This document shows positions 21,983-34,400 of a stretch of DNA of 64,000 nt, piece after piece (position 1 is the stretch's first letter; the number at the start of each line of letters is the position of its first letter). Under the pieces are notes generated by a model. It had not been told where the DNA came from. It saw nothing but the letters and a program-made list of their open reading frames with translations, and ran no database searches. A program made the translations under genes and the position numbers. Origin of the DNA: Ramazzottius varieornatus. Taxonomy: Eukaryota; Animalia; Tardigrada. Location: NCBI GenBank assembly GCA_001949185.1, contig BDGG01000001.1, positions 3,675,324 through 3,739,323 on the forward strand, in the 5' to 3' direction.

Positions 21983-24900
21983 ATGGATGGCTCCAACCAA
22001 TGTATCCTGCCGAAACTACCTGTTGTCCGGCGAAACATCACAGTTATCCAGGGAAATGTCATGTACGTTCTCTCTTAATTTCAGTACTCGAAATATTACA
22101 CACTGCGATTTGTTTGATATAGTTTACCGGTACCATGCTGGTCACTGGGTTCCCCCAGCCTCATTTACATCTACTTCCTGGTCGGTCTTGGTATTCCACT
22201 GGTCGCCATGTTATATGCCCACTTGCCGACGATCTACAGACGGATAACGGTGCTGGTAAAACAGAGATCATGGTTTCGTGGTCGGGTAGTTACCGAAGTT
22301 CGGGAAGTGGAGAAGAAGAAAAGCGAGGTCGCAGAAAAGATGGGAGTCACCCCATCCGCTGTCGATCGTATGCAGGTAAGCGTACTGGAGTCCTTGACAT
22401 TGAGCTTGCCCCCTGATTGACCGGAGGACTGTGGTCTAGCGTTTCGCTTGTTTCTGTAGGCGCTGGCCGAAGCCCGCGAAAGAAGATCCAAGCTGGCGGT
22501 GTTCCTGTCCGAAGCGTCGTCCCCGCAGACCAATATCGGGCAGCTACTGGTGCGTATCAGTGCGACTTGTCTGATATTGAATAACGAAGCTTCACCCTTT
22601 GCTTTACTCTTCTCTTTCGTCGAAGATGAGCATTGCGGTTGTCTGCAGCATGATTTCGCTGATGATCTACATGATCACGGTCGCCCGAAAGAACGAAGCA
22701 CTGGAGCTTTGTGGGACTATGCCAGACAGTCGCCAGATTGTTGACATCGTAGCGAATCTGTATCTTCTGTTTTACTTCGTCATTCGAGTGAGCAATTGAG
22801 ATAACTTTTTTCTGCGCCTGCGTAGAGTGAGTTCTTTTTGTGTTGCAGACAGCCGGTGCGGATAATAAGCAAAAGTCCTTTACGTCGATGTTTTCCATCG
22901 TCGACTACTTCACCATTCCCAGCGTCATGACTGGGGTTATATTCAACCGGTACTTCACAGGTATTATAATGGGAATTCCTTGTTGTCCGTCGAGCCGCTT
23001 TATACCCGATAATTATGTGGCATTCGCCGTACAATTAGCTGTACATTAATCCATTTTTCGCCGCAGGCTTCAACTTCTTTCGCGCGTACAACTTGCTGTG
23101 GCTAGTCGACGTCCTGCAACATCGTCGCGTTCTCCCTACGGTTAACGCCGTCCGTCTTGTAAGGCTGATTGTTTTGGTCTGGGCCATCATCATCATTGCA
23201 TCCGGCTTTCTTCATGCGGTACTGTAAACAACTCTTCGAAAATCAATCCTACATTCAGATGTCTGGCCAAGACCTCATTACTGTAATTTGACTCCCTAGG
23301 CAGAGAATATGGGCGATCCTTGGCTGACGGACACCGACGGCACCCCGTTGTACAACGGCCAAAACATAGTCTTTTGGCGCTGTTTCCTTTACGTCTATGG
23401 GCGCATAACTTTGCTGGACCTCAGTCGCTTGAGAATGCATACTATGCTCGGGAAGATCATCATCTACGGTTTCCAAATTCTGGCGCTGGTAACAAAAAGG
23501 CCATGAGAATATAACGACAAGTCTGTAACATGACTCGTGGGCAGATGAATGAACCGGATCGTTTTTCCAAGCGGCGCACACTTCCAGCCAATGACAATGA
23601 GAACCTGCGCTACTTGGGATGGCGATTTGGCCAGTTTCATTTGTCCAGGCCGTAATGTTATATGTTATGATGAGCTTGGTGGCTTGACCGTCTTGTTTGT
23701 AGGGTATTGTGGCGCAAGCGATACCTCAAATTGTCGCCAGGTTGAAAGTGAAGCCCGACTATGATCGAGACTACTCCGGTAGTAATATGTTTATGTAAGG
23801 ATTACCAAGTATTTCTTTGCGCTCGTACGGGGTCCTCAAGTCGGCGCTAACAATGATCTGCCTATAAAGAACAAGTGCAGAGGATGTCCACCGTTTATGT
23901 TGCAGTCACGTCATTGTGTGTGGTCACGTCACAACCATCACAATGGAGGACTTCCTGAAGGAATTCTACGTGAGTTCGGCCCATCGGAATTACTGTATGC
24001 TTATTTCGTTTTCGAGTAAGGGCTGGTTTCGATTTTCAGCATCCTGACCGTGGTACCAACGAGTTCTTCAAGATAGTCGTGCTTTACGAGTAAGGGGTCC
24101 TCTGTGGAAAACCTTCTGTATGAAGTGATGACTGCATGAAGTCCCTTGCAGGCAGCCACCTACAGAAGACATGGAAATTCTACAAGAACGGTACTTCGGT
24201 AAATTGGACTACTTGCGAGGATCGGTGCTGAATATGAAGGACCTCAACCGGGCCAAACTAGCCGAAGCCAAAGCTACGTTGATTCTGGCCAACCGGATGG
24301 CACCAGACGCCGACGCGGACGACTCGGCTAACATCATGAGGGTATAAGGTTGCTGAGAACTAGAAAATTAATTTACTCACGTCTGGTTCAATGAGGTGAT
24401 AACAAGGTCTATCATGACGTTCGGCATCACCTCGGACTTTTCTGACAGGTCGGTTCTGGTGTCGTTTCGCAGGTGGTTTCCATCAAGAACTACAAAGCTG
24501 ATGCCCAAGTCATCGTGCAACTCTCAATGTATCATAATAAATTTGGACTTCAGAACATACCTAGCTGGAGTCCCGAGAGAGGAGATATCGTTATTTGTCT
24601 GGCGGAACTACGCTTAGGTCAGCCGCATAAGCAGGATTTGGATTATTTAACCAAAATCAATTCTTAAAAACGTTTTGCTGAAGGTTTACAAGTATTGCGA
24701 ATATAGGTCTGCTGGCTCAAAGCTGCATAGCTCCTGGGTTCTCCACCCTGTTGGCCAATTTTGTCACAACCAGGTCCTTCGACCCTGACTTCCAGTACAA
24801 GGAAGAGTGGATGGAGCTGTATTGTCGGGGAGCCTCGCTGGAAATGTACACGCGCCCGCTCAGTAGCGCATTCGTCGGCATGTCCTTTAGCGAGGCTTGT

Positions 24901-27900
24901 GACTTTTGCTTCCGGGTCATGAAGATCGTCCTGTGCGCCATTCAGACTGAGCCCACCAAAAATCCTCAAATATTGCCACCACCATCGGTTAAGATAATAC
25001 CAGGTAACGTTAAACTGGCGATCAGATTTCCGCCGCAGTCTTCGCGCAAAGACACTGCGCTGAAGCCTTTTCTTCCAGGTACCATGGGATATTTTATCGC
25101 CGACAACACGGTACAGGTGGACAGGGCGCAGATTTACTGTACGCAGTGTCATATGAATGTCGATAACGTCGAAGACATCAAAATGTGCAGCTGTACACCC
25201 GGTGAGAACTTAGTGATCCAAAAAGCATACCATGCATTCGTTTGGGACCTTTGACAAGTACTGTGTGTTTGGGGAATTTTGTCTTCAGAACAAAAAGCGA
25301 GCGGACCTACCATCGGCAAGCTGGTTACACGCACAGCAGATCTGGCCAAGCAGCTGACATCGACCCCAGAAGACATTATTGAGTCCAGAGTGTGGAGCTA
25401 TATCAAATCGTTTGACCGTTCGCCGACGGGCAGCGTGAAAGATCTGTCGAAAGACAGCGAGTCACCAGTATCCAACGAAGGCCACCGTCCTACGAAGGTC
25501 TACGATTCCACAGGTGAGCTTTTGGCTGAGACAGGTTTTTGGGCGTCCCTTCCCAAAACTAACGTTTGTGTTTTACATTCAGGAATGTTCCATTGGTGTC
25601 CAGCTAGGCCTATTTCCGCCGTTACGATAGTGAGCGAATAATAGACCTGTTTCGCAAGTCACGTTTCGGCTCTGAATAGAATAAAATCTCATGATTTTAT
25701 ACTATGAGATTTTATACTGTGTCAGTTTCTGTGCAGAAACCGTTTCGCGGTTTGCTCACTTCCGGCACAGAATATTAGCATAAAGGGATATTAGGCCGCG
25801 CGAGTTCAGCAGGGCATCGGAATTCGCGGGTCCTGTCATTTAGCCCTCTACTGGATAAAGCCCGGACTTCTTTCGCTTTTTCTGGCGATAGTTTCGGGAA
25901 GACAATTCTCTTCCTAACTTCAATGCTAGTTTTGGTCGAAAACATGATGGATTTCGAGAAGGAACGAGAGCGGAAGTCGAGTGGCGCAATGTGGGAGAGG
26001 CGTGTAGCTCGGATCACTTGACGCGCCAAGTCCAATTCGCTGATTGGTCTGATCACGCTCCACTCCACCAAAATTTCAAATTTCGACCAAAGTGGTCAAT
26101 AGTACAATCAACTCAACTTGCACAGAATTTGAAATTCTGTGCAGCGATATTAGGCAAAACATAAGCCGTGGATAACTGCACAGCATAAAACCTATACTTA
26201 TGCTGTCCAAGCCGAAAACATGACTTGCGAAACAGGTTCAATGTACCCATTTCGACTTCCGTAATATAACCTATGTTTCTGATTTCGGTAGAGTCGTCGA
26301 AAAGCAGCTATAGGCATCTTCAAGAACCACGTTGTCGTGTGTGTCTTGTCACAGCCGAATTCTCAGATAACTGGCCTTGCTTCGTTCGTCCTTCCACTAA
26401 GATCTAGCGTCATCAAAGCTGACAACCTGCAAGATATTATCCTGTTGTGCGATCCGAAATACCTAGAGAAAGAGTGGATTTACCTTTACAACTTACCGAA
26501 ATTACACGTTGTAAAAGTGAGCAGTTTAGAAATCAATTGTCGTTTCCGGTGTCTGTTTCTTGCATTTCCAGTATGAATAATCCGGACTTTCTCTGTAGGG
26601 AACTGCCTTGAATCGTTCCGATCTTCGCAGTGTTAACTTGCCCACATGTAAAATGTGCGTTATCCTGGGAGCCCCGACTTCCAACGAGAAGTTTACTGAT
26701 CCCACCATGATGGACAAGGCTGTGATCTTGGCCACGCTCAATGTGCGTGCAATGAAGTTCTCGGAGGAGGAAGGAATGGTCTCTGACGAAGAAGACGATG
26801 TCCGCCAAAAATCGTCGGCGAGCAACTCGCCCCGAAACCACGCACATTCGTCGAATAAACGGCACTCAGTCGTTTCCCACCGAAGAACCGGCTATGATGT
26901 ACCGGTCATCACCGATTTGAGTGAGTCGATCCACTCCTAAAAATTCTCCGCTAATCAAGCAGTCTCGATTACATGTGCACCATCTTTCAGCGAGGGATTC
27001 CAACGTTCAGTTCCTGGATGACCAAGATGAGGACCTCCCGGGCACAGAATTCTACTTGACACAGCCATACACTGGTGGACGAGCGTTCACAGCTAGCGTG
27101 CTGGACCTATTGATGTAATTCAGACGAGTTCTATTGAAATGATGGTGCCTGATTGACGACAAGGAATTCCATTCGGTTGACAAATCTGTTACAGGGTGAC
27201 ATCTTTCTTCAATCCGACAGTGGTGAAAAGTATTCACGCAATCATCTTCGGCGGTGCGTCACTTGAGCTGGAAAGGATTATGGCCGAAGGTGCAGGCTTG
27301 ATCGGCGGAGACAACATTTCCCGGCCAGCAAAGAACAAGGACCAAGTTAGCGTCATGCAGCTGGACATCAAAAACGGACCTCTTTCCCTCCATGCGGTAC
27401 TCCATGCTAAACATGACTCCCTATGATTCAATACGATTTCACACGGGATATATCTTTTCACAGGGCGGAACGTATGGCGACTTGTTCATCGATGCACTTA
27501 CACACATGGGTGTGCTGGTACTCGGTCTCTACCGCCGGCTAGAACCACACGGCGAAAAGCGCTACGTCATCAGCAATCCACCGGACACCCTGGAAATACT
27601 GGAAGACGACCAAGTCTTCGCCCTGAAACGGGCCAACTTTGAATATCCCCCTGGTTCACGGTTTTCGATGATAAAAAAGAAGAAGCCGTCCAAGAACCCT
27701 GCGGCGCTGGAAGAGAAGTTGCAAGACTTGGGAGCCAACGTTGCCCAAGTGGAAGAACGGTACGACAACCTGGTTCGAGCTGAGATACATGCCAGGAACA
27801 GTCTGATCGAACTGGAGAAGAACCCGTCGGAGAATCAACCGCTTCTCGGGGTGAGTGACAAAGGACTTCCTGACCAACTGACCATACAGCTCGAACGGGA

Positions 27901-28078
27901 GAAAATATTGCTTAACGAAGAGCTCCGTATGATGGAACAGAAACTCGCCAGTATAAAGCGGGATGTGGCGACTATGCAAGAACTATACGGTGGACGTAAT
28001 GGCAATGCCAGCGTCAGGAAGCACAAAAGATACGAACCAACCACGTTCGTCAGTAAGCGACGAAGTACCGAACTGTGA
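21983..28078 (+). CDS. Slo/BK (KCNMA1/slowpoke)-family channel, divergent paralogue with non-canonical pore
   Basis: S0 helix; [10 protein letters not shown]; ENMGDPW; HVIVCGHV; [15 protein letters not shown]; [19 protein letters not shown]-like motif ([19 protein letters not shown]); [26 protein letters not shown]; YDSTGMFHWCP; [11 protein letters not shown]...YLTQPY; GVLVLGLYR; [11 protein letters not shown] 21983 has an upstream in-frame stop. Confidence 0.93.
25640..26242. mobile_element. Non-autonomous DNA element (MITE) in an intron of the Slo gene
   Basis: atagacctgtttcgcaagtcacgtttcggc versus reverse complement of gccgaaaacatgacttgcgaaacaggttcaat; accounts for this intron being about tenfold longer than its neighbours. 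Confidence 0.8.
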
Positions 28079-28473
28079 GAACAGATTTGGTCTTGGTTTC
28101 TTGTTGTTAAGATATTTACTGAGAAAAAATAACAAAAGCAAGCAACAATACTGCAGTCGTCTCGCGTCACGTTTGAGCAAAATGGTATACAAAATGTAGA
28201 TACGCGGTAAAATAGGTAAAGACGACACAAAAAAGGCAAATTGGTCCGTCTGTAAACGAGGCAAACTGATATACAGTACAAACCCGCCTTCAATAACGCT
28301 TCAAAATATCGTCAAGGAAGACGACGCGAGCATCTTGAACTTACAAAACTGAGAAAATGAAGGACACTATAAAAAACGCAGAAATCCAGTTTTACAGGAT
28401 AAGAAATACTAAAAGTCTCTGTCGCGTATTTGGTTTGCAAGCTTGAAGCGGCTTTCGTTCCGGAAGAGGCAGA

Positions 28474-31400
28474 TCATACAATGATTTCTCGTATTACTTT
28501 CCGCCCTCTCGAGTTACTTGTTGAGTAGCCGCTTTCCAGGCTTTCTTCTCCGAACGATGGAGTCTTTTCGTATTCTTCATATGGATCCGGAAGTCCATTG
28601 ACTTCCACCGGCATTTGCGTGTAGTTCGACTCTGTAAGATCATCCCACGTAAGAAAGAATTTCCGCCTCTAGTTTGAACGTCCTAAAACATACCTAAAGG
28701 AGAATGCTGGTGTCCGTATCCCTCATCGTAGCTCGGATACGACTGCATGTAGGTGTTTCCAGTGGAGTACACTGCGCCATTATGGTCCATCATGTGAGGC
28801 TTGTAGTGGTTATTGGTTTCCATTAGGCTTTGGTTATAGTTTCCGGCTGCTTGCGAGTACAGCAGACCTATAGGCAGAAGGAAGCAATCAATCGAAAGCT
28901 CAAAACTTTACTTCTAACAAGTTTTTCTTACCGTTTGAGTAAGGTGAGTTGTCCATGTAGGTCGGTGGAAGTTTGGCCGATGCATGCGATGCGTAAATCT
29001 GACCGCCAGTCTCATGCAGATGCTTGTCGGCATAACCATCCGCGTAGAACCCAGCGTCGTTCTCGTGCTGGGAGCTGCCAGTGGACGCCAGTGTCAAGTT
29101 GGATGTCTTGGCCACTTTGATGGGTGTCCTTCGACTGCGCCTTCTGCACATGATAAAGATCATACAGGAGACTAGGCCGAGTGCCAGGATGAGGACGATG
29201 GGCAGGATGATGTCCAAGCGAGGAGCGGCCGCAGTGGAAGCTTGCTGAAGAACGGTGTTCTCGTCGACAAACGGCCCACAGACCGTCTGGCTGTTGTAGG
29301 CGCAGTAGCGCAGTCGGACTTGTTGAGGTTGAGCGGGGCCAGCGATGCGGTAGGAACCTTGGTTATTTTTCAGCGGGACGCAACGGGAAATGGGGGTCCA
29401 GGTGTTGGCTTTCAGGACCTCCACCATCGCACACAGTTCTTGGACCTAAAAAAAATACCCAGCTTACAGAAAACAAGTTATCGCTACTATTTTAGTACTA
29501 CTCTTAACATTTTTCTACAGTAATTCCTCATTTAATTGTGTTATTCAATGTCTAGAGCTGTGTCTTCGAATGGGGTATAATGATATACCTTGGGTGATTC
29601 TTTGACGGCAAAGTTGACAGTGCCGCTCGATGCATCGTACTTCAGCGAGGAAGGAAAGGGAATATCTTCCGGTAGAACAGGCTTGACTGGTGTAATGATG
29701 TCGATATTCTCGCTCGTTCCCTTACTATGACCCAGCTGGTTCTCGGAACGCAGCTTAAAAGTGTACGAATTCATCGGCACTAAGCCCGTTACCCTATACT
29801 CCGACACGTCAGACCCGATGGGATATTCTTGGCCACTTCCATCGGGGCGAGTCATAACCACTGTGAACTTTTGCGGGTATCCACCGTCGAAACCAGAGTC
29901 CCAGGTCAGCGTCACTGCGTTGTAGGCCAAGTCTTTCTGCTTGAGGTTCCTTGCTGGTTCGGGGATGCTTCGTCGAACCAAGTTGAACGTTTTACTGTTG
30001 TCACCGATGAGGTTCTTGGCTGAGCACTGGTATTCCCCCAGGTCCGACTCGTCAGGTTGGTCAATGGTCAGCACAATCTTGTAGGTTTCAGCCGAGATGT
30101 TCTGGACAGCTTCGACGCGAAGGCGACCAGTGAAGGACTGGATGGGTTGGTTGTTGCGGGACCAGGTGATGGTAGGCTCGGGGTTGCTTTCCACTAAGCA
30201 CTCCAGCTTGGCGCTGGCTTGTGGGGATACATCCGTAGCGATATGGCTGTGTCGATTCACGAATTCCGGCGGGTCTACAGGGAACGTAACACACTGAATA
30301 TGGACACAGAAGAAGATGAGAAAGTGGTCGGACGGACTTACACATGATCTGCAGATGGCTTTCATGCACAATGGGCTGACCAGCATCGTTGATCGCCTTG
30401 CACTGATAGCGACCTCTGTCCGTTCGTTGGAGTGTGTCGTTCGAAGAAAACAGTTCCGTACGTGCTGGTCCTTCGAACTGCAGCTCGCTTCGTGTGACAA
30501 AGGAGTACCTACAAGTACGGCGAAAACGAAATCAGACATTATCCAAACCAAGGTAACATACTTCCGTCTTTCACCTCCTACATACTCATGCACTGTGAGG
30601 AATGTCCAGTACACTGCATGTAGGTGCTTGACAGACTATGGATACTGCATAAACTTCGATGTTACCTGTCAACGATGCCCGGTTCGGCAGTGGCAACTTT
30701 ATAGAATTTGTCATCTTCCGGGATCTGCACACCATCTTTCAGCCAGACGAACGATGGTGCAGGTCGGCCTCTGGCTGCGCAACTTAAGCTCATGGGCTTC
30801 TCGGAGATCTTTCTTACGATGGTGGGTTGGAACGCGTTATCGCTGGTCCACGAGACGGCTTCGCTAACTTCGACTGTGATCACTTTCGGAGTACCTTCTC
30901 CAATTTCGTTGAAAGGTGTGCATTCGTAGTCACCGTTGTCGTCCAGCTTCGCATCGGTCAGGTTAAAGTACTGTCCACTTGCAGCAATACCGTTTCGTCC
31001 ATCGAGCTTGCGCCATCTGAACTGGGCAGCCGGAAGTCCAGCGTCGGGAGCCGAGCAGCGCAGCGAGATGACGTTACCGACGGTTGCGCGAGGAGCCACT
31101 GGATCGATGATGGCATCTCCGGGACGATCTGTAGTGGGACAAACAAAGCGTTAGCAAATACTAGCCAGAAAATATACAGAAAATCATTTTTCGACAAATA
31201 TTGACGAATACTTTAAACTTTTACTTCAATAATATTTTCGTACTGAATATTGTCTTATATTTCTGACTACGGTTATTTTCACTTACATTGAACATCAATT
31301 TTGGCACTTCCTCGTCCTTCACGCGTCGCTTTCACACCATTAGACATTTCAAAAACAACTTTGACGCGGCATTCATAGACACCACCTTCGGGTCGTTTAA

Positions 31401-34400
31401 CGTCGCTCAAAGAAAGAACTTCTTCAGTAGCGGCCAGCCGATCACCGTTGGCTCGATACCACTCAATGCTGACCGGCTTCGGGTTACTGTCCACTTTGCA
31501 CTGCAATGCCCCGTTGGCGCCTTCTCGCAGTGCCATCACGCTCGGAGTAACAGATACCACAGGCGCGTAGAAGACATCCACCTTGATCCTGCCTTCTTCT
31601 TCGCTTCCCACACCATTCGAAGCCACGCAGGAATACTCACCGGCCGAGTCTCGCGTCAGGGTACCTTGGGTAAACGTGTAGTTGAAAGAGCTCTGGCTGA
31701 AGACCTGACCGTTCTTTCTCCAGAAGGGAAGTGCAACAGGTGGATTGGCATCCACGGAGCATGTCAGCTTTGCTTCTACTCCAGCTTCCACCGCAAGCAG
31801 TCCAGGCGTGCTCGATGGAACATCTTGGACACCTCCAACAAACCCTCCCACCTTCACTCTTGGCTTGTCTAAAAAAACGAACTTTCAGTAGATTGATGGA
31901 GAAACCGGGGTTTTCCATTGGCATGAGTATTAGGTCGACCTCGATTTGTATTCAGACTGCGGAACATTGGTTTTACAACGGGAATATTTTAGACGTACAT
32001 TTGACATTGAGTGGATCGGTACTCTTGTCTAATGGAGTGTTCAGCGAGGGGTTCATCACTTTGCAGGTGAAAACGGCTCCGTTGTCTTCTTTGGTCAAGT
32101 TCAGCACCAAGTCGGCCTTAGAGAAACCAGCGCGGTTCGCGGCGGGAGTGTTGATGACGTTGGTCAGGATCTGCGTGCCTCGTAGCCACGTAATCTGAGG
32201 CGGAGGATTGCCGCCTTGGCTGGAGCAAGAGATGACCAGCTTGTGATTCTCTTCGAGGCTGTTCGCGCTGGGGGAGAAGCTGACAACAGGTGGCTGTGGT
32301 TGGTCTGCAAAAACATTGAGGAAAACCGGTTAAGTCCACTCAAAATTCCGTCAAATGCCATCTCAATCAGATAACGTTCAAAAAGCCACAAAATGCCGCT
32401 TATCATCGCTACAAAATATTTCCTTGAATAGAGGACATCTGTGACATTGTTATACGGCTTTTAGCCAAGACAATATTTTCAGACAAAATATTCCGGAAAT
32501 CCACTTCGATATTCGAATATAATATTGATCTTGAGCTTACGTCCAGGAATATTCATACAAAAATAGTATGCAAGAAATCCTGTGGAAACAACTTACACTT
32601 GACGTAAAGGTGGGCGATCTTGGTCCGTAAGTTCCTTCCTTTAATTCCATTTCGTTCCGGCAGGCTGATTTCGCAGTAGTAATCGCCATCGTGAGCTTCA
32701 TAGGTAGTGTTACCAATCTTCAAGTCGAACCTTCCCGTGCTGGGTTCCGGAATCAGCTTGGTGATGCCTTCTTGTGAGTTGAAGCCAATGCCGGTATCGC
32801 TGTTGAATGTGACCAAGGTGGACTCTTCCCCGGTCGACGCCACTCTGGACCGCCACTGGACAAAGTACCTCCCGGTACCCGTCAGTTCGGCAGGGTTGAT
32901 CTGACAGCTGAGTATGATGACGCCGAAGGGATCCACGAAGAGATCTGGTGATCCTTGCAGATACATTGTCTGAGTTTGAACAGCATGGAGTACTGAAGAG
33001 ACAAAGCAAGGCTCATTAATCACCATTAAAACAATGGGTAAGAAACGTCCCGCGTTGGTGTGAATCAAGGAGGCCAGGGAGGAGTGCCAGGAGGAATGGG
33101 ACATGATGGATGAACAATTATTATCCATGACAAATTTAAATACCGGCAATTATCGTCTCTACTTTCTATGTTACGACCACCGTCAAGATTCCTGCATGGT
33201 AAACAGAGGCTCTGACTGACTTTTCCTCACAAAGTCAAGGCCAGTTTGCAGCTTACTTGAAGAGCACGACTGCATGGTGGATATCACTTGCCGGTCAGCG
33301 CCGAGTGACGTTTACCTTTCTCTTTTCAAGTCACCACGGAAATTTGAAATTGTCCAGTCAATCTGGTCTACCTTTCCGCTGCTCACTTTACTTTTAAACT
33401 CCCTCTTTACAGGCAAAACATGCAGCAAAGTCTTATGTCAATCTCTCACAGTCAGAGCACACACATACTTGGCCGTCTTAGAGACATATTTCCTATATAC
33501 CGGCAGCCATAACACATGCGCGGTGGATAGTGGCATCTTCTGTCTTGACCGCCACCGCCGATTAATCTCCAACGGGGAACTGACCATATTTCACCGGCTA
33601 AATGCCTTCTTATTTAACTACAGGCGGTTTGTTGGTTTGCTTCCTTCCCCATCTGTGTTTACTTTATCGTAGCCACAACTACACATTGTATACTTAATAT
33701 TCCATATCGTTGGCGGCTGTTGGTGAAGGCCAAGCCACTACATTGATGGATTACTCGTGTTCCACTATTGTTCTGAAACGTCTTAGTTTATTTTCTTAGG
33801 CCGCCCCATACATGTTCGAAAATTGCTTGTTGGTTTATGCCGAATAAAGTGACTGGCAGAAACTGTCAGGAAGGGAGAAGACTGCTCTCTTTCCTAACAA
33901 GGAAGTCTTTGTCCGAGCTTAGAAGTATGCACAGGTGTGGCGAATTCTCAACAGGCAATACTTTACGACACCAGGTTGACCGTCGAGAAAAATATTCTAG
34001 TCCAGTAAAACACACAGAAAATAAAGGGCCTAACTTTTCGACAGATGGCACTTCAAATGAAAACGTCGAAGGTCCATCGTAAGTATTTTCGAAAATTCGC
34101 AAGATTCGTATTCTTCCTTTCACGACTTGGTACTTGAGTAACTGAAGATTAGATGCTTAATTGTCCACATTATCCACCTGCAACTCTTACGACATGCTCA
34201 ATGCGGTCTTTATCGTGAGACGATGCCGCGTAAACACTTGAAAAGTTTCGCCAGTGTCCCCTCCTCGAAAAGTGATAAGGGAAATTATCCAAGATTATAC
34301 TCTTTAGGAAAAAATGTCAGCCATGCAGAAAAGCAGCAAGTTAGACTGAAGAGAGCTTTGACTTTCTAAACTTTTGTCTCGTCTATATTCATCGAACGCC

